The translations under genes were made by a program, and so were the position numbers. From positions 128,001 to 192,000 of the forward strand of contig CAXXWQ010000002.1 in assembly GCA_963674945.2 (NCBI GenBank): a stretch of DNA of 64,000 nt. Direction: 5' to 3'. This document shows, one piece after another, positions 61,806-64,000 of this stretch (its first letter is position 1; the number at the start of each line of letters is the position of its first letter). The notes below the pieces were generated by a model. The model was given only the letters and a program-made list of their open reading frames with translations, searched no databases and was not told where the DNA came from. Origin of the DNA: an uncultured Desulfosarcina sp. Its GTDB lineage: Bacteria > Desulfobacterota > Desulfobacteria > Desulfobacterales > Desulfosarcinaceae.

Positions 61806-62690
61806 TCGGTTGAACAGGAAGAAACCCGACAGTATCAGTATCATGCCAAAGATATGAAACGGTGCCAGGGTTTCGCCCAGAAAGAGGATCGCCAGGATGG
61901 CGGCGAAGACGGGAATGAGGTTTATGAAAAGCCCGGTCCGGTTGGCGCCGATCACGGCTACACCCCGGTTCCAGCAAAAATAGGCCACGATGGATGGGAA
62001 GATTGCCACGTAACCGATGCTGGCTGCGATGCCGGGGGTGAGGGCGAAGGATCCTGTGGTTGCCGATTCCCACAAATAGAGCGGAAGAAGGAACAGGGCG
62101 CCTAATCCGAAGGTGTATACCAGCAGGCTCAACGGATGAATGGCCGGACGTTTGGGCAAAAGGGCCGAGTAGAGAGCGTAGAGAACCACCGCCACGATCA
62201 TCAGAAGATCTCCTTGCACCAGTGTCATATGGATGAGCGCCTGCCATTGTCCCTTGAGGACCACCACGGCCGCCCCGACCATGCACAGTCCCACCCCGGC
62301 TGCCTGCACCAACGAAACCCGATCCTTGTAAAGAATTGTTGAGATGACGATGATGACGGCCGGCATGGTCGACTGTATCAATGCACCATTGATGGCACTC
62401 GTGGTGTGAACGGCCGTGTAGAGCAAGGTGTTGAATCCGGTGATGCCGAACAGGGAGAGGAGAACGATGATCTTCCAGCCGGTCAGGGTGGCCCGTAAAT
62501 CCCTTTTTACATAGGGCCAGGCAAAAGGGGCGAGGATGAAAAAGGCCACGGTCCATCGCCAGAACGCCAGGGCAACCGGTGGAATGAGCAGGGCGATGCC
62601 TTTGGCCAGAACGATGTTTCCGGCCCAGCACAGCGGTGCTATGGCGACGATGAGAAATGCCCACGGGGGTGATGGTTGTTGGGTCTTCAT
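61803..62690 (-). CDS. DMT/EamA family transporter
   Basis: About 10 TMs, WAGN, AFWRW, GDLL, FINLIPVF..FLGE. Confidence 0.9.
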   Translation of the reverse strand: MKTQQPSPPWAFLIVAIAPLCWAGNIVLAKGIALLIPPVALAFWRWTVAFFILAPFAWPYVKRDLRATLTGWKIIVLLSLFGITGFNTLLYTAVHTTSAINGALIQSTMPAVIIVISTILYKDRVSLVQAAGVGLCMVGAAVVVLKGQWQALIHMTLVQGDLLMIVAVVLYALYSALLPKRPAIHPLSLLVYTFGLGALFLLPLYLWESATTGSFALTPGIAASIGYVAIFPSIVAYFCWNRGVAVIGANRTGLFINLIPVFAAILAILFLGETLAPFHIFGMILILSGFFLFNR

Positions 62691-63077
62691 GATTGTTTTC
62701 TTGTATCCAAACCCGACCGCTATATCAAGACGCGGTTTCGTCCTGCTTTGGGAGCAGGATTAGCAGGATTGTATGTCGGGTAGTGACGGCGTATTTTTGG
62801 AGCTATGGGTCGTATGGGACAAGTGAGGGACGAAGGAGGATGGAAGGGGGACGAAAGGATGGGGGCTGTATCATCCATCGTCCTTCGCTTTCATGTCCAT
62901 TGTGCGAATTGATGGAATTTGTCCATGAACCCAATAACGGAAATGTCCAATTGCGACCACCCTGGTCCGCCGGGTGATGGACATTGACACCGCGCCGGCA
63001 TTGGGGCATATAGGCGGTACATGTCCCAGTTTCAACGATCTACCGCTTATCCCATCACCAATGAGGAGGATTGTATC

Positions 63078-63320
63078 ATGAAAGAGGGAAAGTGTCCCAA
63101 ATGCGGATCCACAAACGTATACGTGGCCGATGATCTCCCCTTGAAAAGCGGTCCATTCGGCAGCAATTCCATTCCTGTCAGTCTGACGGCCCTGGCGGCA
63201 TTGGACAATTACGTCTGTGTGGATTGCGGTTTTGTCGAAAACTACGTTTCCGACGAACGGATGTTGAAAAAAATCACCAAGAGATGGGATCTGGTCTCCG
63301 ATTTGAAAAGCCAAGAATAG
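63078..63320 (+). CDS. Small zinc-ribbon protein
   Basis: SD GAGGAGG; CPKCGS and YVCVDCGFVE. Confidence 0.75.
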   Translation: MKEGKCPKCGSTNVYVADDLPLKSGPFGSNSIPVSLTALAALDNYVCVDCGFVENYVSDERMLKKITKRWDLVSDLKSQE

Positions 63321-63340
63321 GGTCCCCCATCCCTTACCTC

Positions 63341-63400
63341 GTACCCATTCATAAACGGCCAATTCGATCGAAGATTGGGCCGATTTCTGGATGGACAGTA
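63341..63400. repeat. Short degenerate type A element
   Basis: Right end TTTCTGGATGGACAG as at 10874; decayed left end GTACCCATTCATAAA. Confidence 0.45.
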
Positions 63401-63420
63401 ACCCAATACATGGGGGTTCG

Positions 63421-64000
63421 ATGCCGTTTCCCTTATCCAGCAACCGCATTCGCGGCATTCGCCATCTTGGTGTGATTTCCCGCGTGCTCATCAAACATGG
63501 CATGGGGGAGATTGCCGATCGATTGAAGGGTCAGACCGGATCCCGGATCAAGTTCGGATTGCCCAATCCCGGCCGGGTCCGGCGAACCCTGGAAGAGTTG
63601 GGCCCCAGCTTCATCAAGCTCGGCCAGTTGATGAGCACGCGGGGCGATCTGTTTCCACCGGAATATATCGATGAATTGACCAAATTGCAGGACCAGGTCC
63701 CCCCAGTACCCTTCCGCAAAATTCGTCGGCTGGTCGAAACGGAACTGGAAAAGCCGCTGGACCGATTGTTCGACGAGATAGACGAAACGGCCCTTGCCGC
63801 CGCGTCGGTAGCCCAGGTACACAGGGCACGGCTCAAAACCGGTGAAGATGTGGCCGTGAAGGTGATTCGGCCGGGGATCGCGAAACAAATCCGAAAAGAT
63901 ATCCAGCTCATGTATTACTTCGCCACAAGGTTTGAGAAGGCCTTTGACATCGGGCGCATCGTGGGTGCGGTCAACCTTGTGAAAGAGTTCGAGCGAACCA
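63421..64000 (+). CDS. ABC1/UbiB-family atypical kinase, N-terminal part (runs off window)
   Basis: Manual translation from ATG 63421: LEELGPSFIKLGQLMSTRGDL..LQDQVPP..AAASVAQVHRA..VAVKVIRPG. Confidence 0.9.
   Translation, partial: MPFPLSSNRIRGIRHLGVISRVLIKHGMGEIADRLKGQTGSRIKFGLPNPGRVRRTLEELGPSFIKLGQLMSTRGDLFPPEYIDELTKLQDQVPPVPFRKIRRLVETELEKPLDRLFDEIDETALAAASVAQVHRARLKTGEDVAVKVIRPGIAKQIRKDIQLMYYFATRFEKAFDIGRIVGAVNLVKEFERT

Noticed and set aside
62693..63060. Short ORFs between the DMT and zinc-ribbon genes
   Set aside because: The region consists of short degenerate repeats and promoter-like DNA; the translations lack protein-like features.

Overview
Gene-dense bacterial window; gene content and repeats suggest a sulfate-reducing deltaproteobacterium of the Desulfobacterales type (inference). 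An exopolysaccharide/PEP-CTERM locus (cpsB-like phosphatase, wzc, wza, ExeA-like ATPase ... prsR, PEP-CTERM protein, prsT) is split by a ~19 kb molybdenum-nitrogenase cluster (nifA, nifH, nifI1, nifI2, nifD, nifK, nifE, nifN, nifB, 2Fe-2S ferredoxin, HEPN-like, GNAT, nifV). nifB is cleanly interrupted by a 3431-bp IS66-family element (12201-15631, 8-bp target duplication CGATCATG). This element carries an extra DUF4338/DruA-like gene between tnpB and tnpC. The right half holds housekeeping genes (mutL, gatCA, argS), an M16 peptidase, an acyl-CoA/amidohydrolase operon, a Tat-exported AKR/DUF362/polyferredoxin operon and a truncated ubiB-like kinase. Intergenic DNA carries at least three kinds of dispersed repeats: a ~200-bp orientation-biased intercistronic element, MITE-like elements sharing one core between different terminal inverted repeats, and heptamer arrays. 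No rRNA, tRNA or CRISPR array was recognised.
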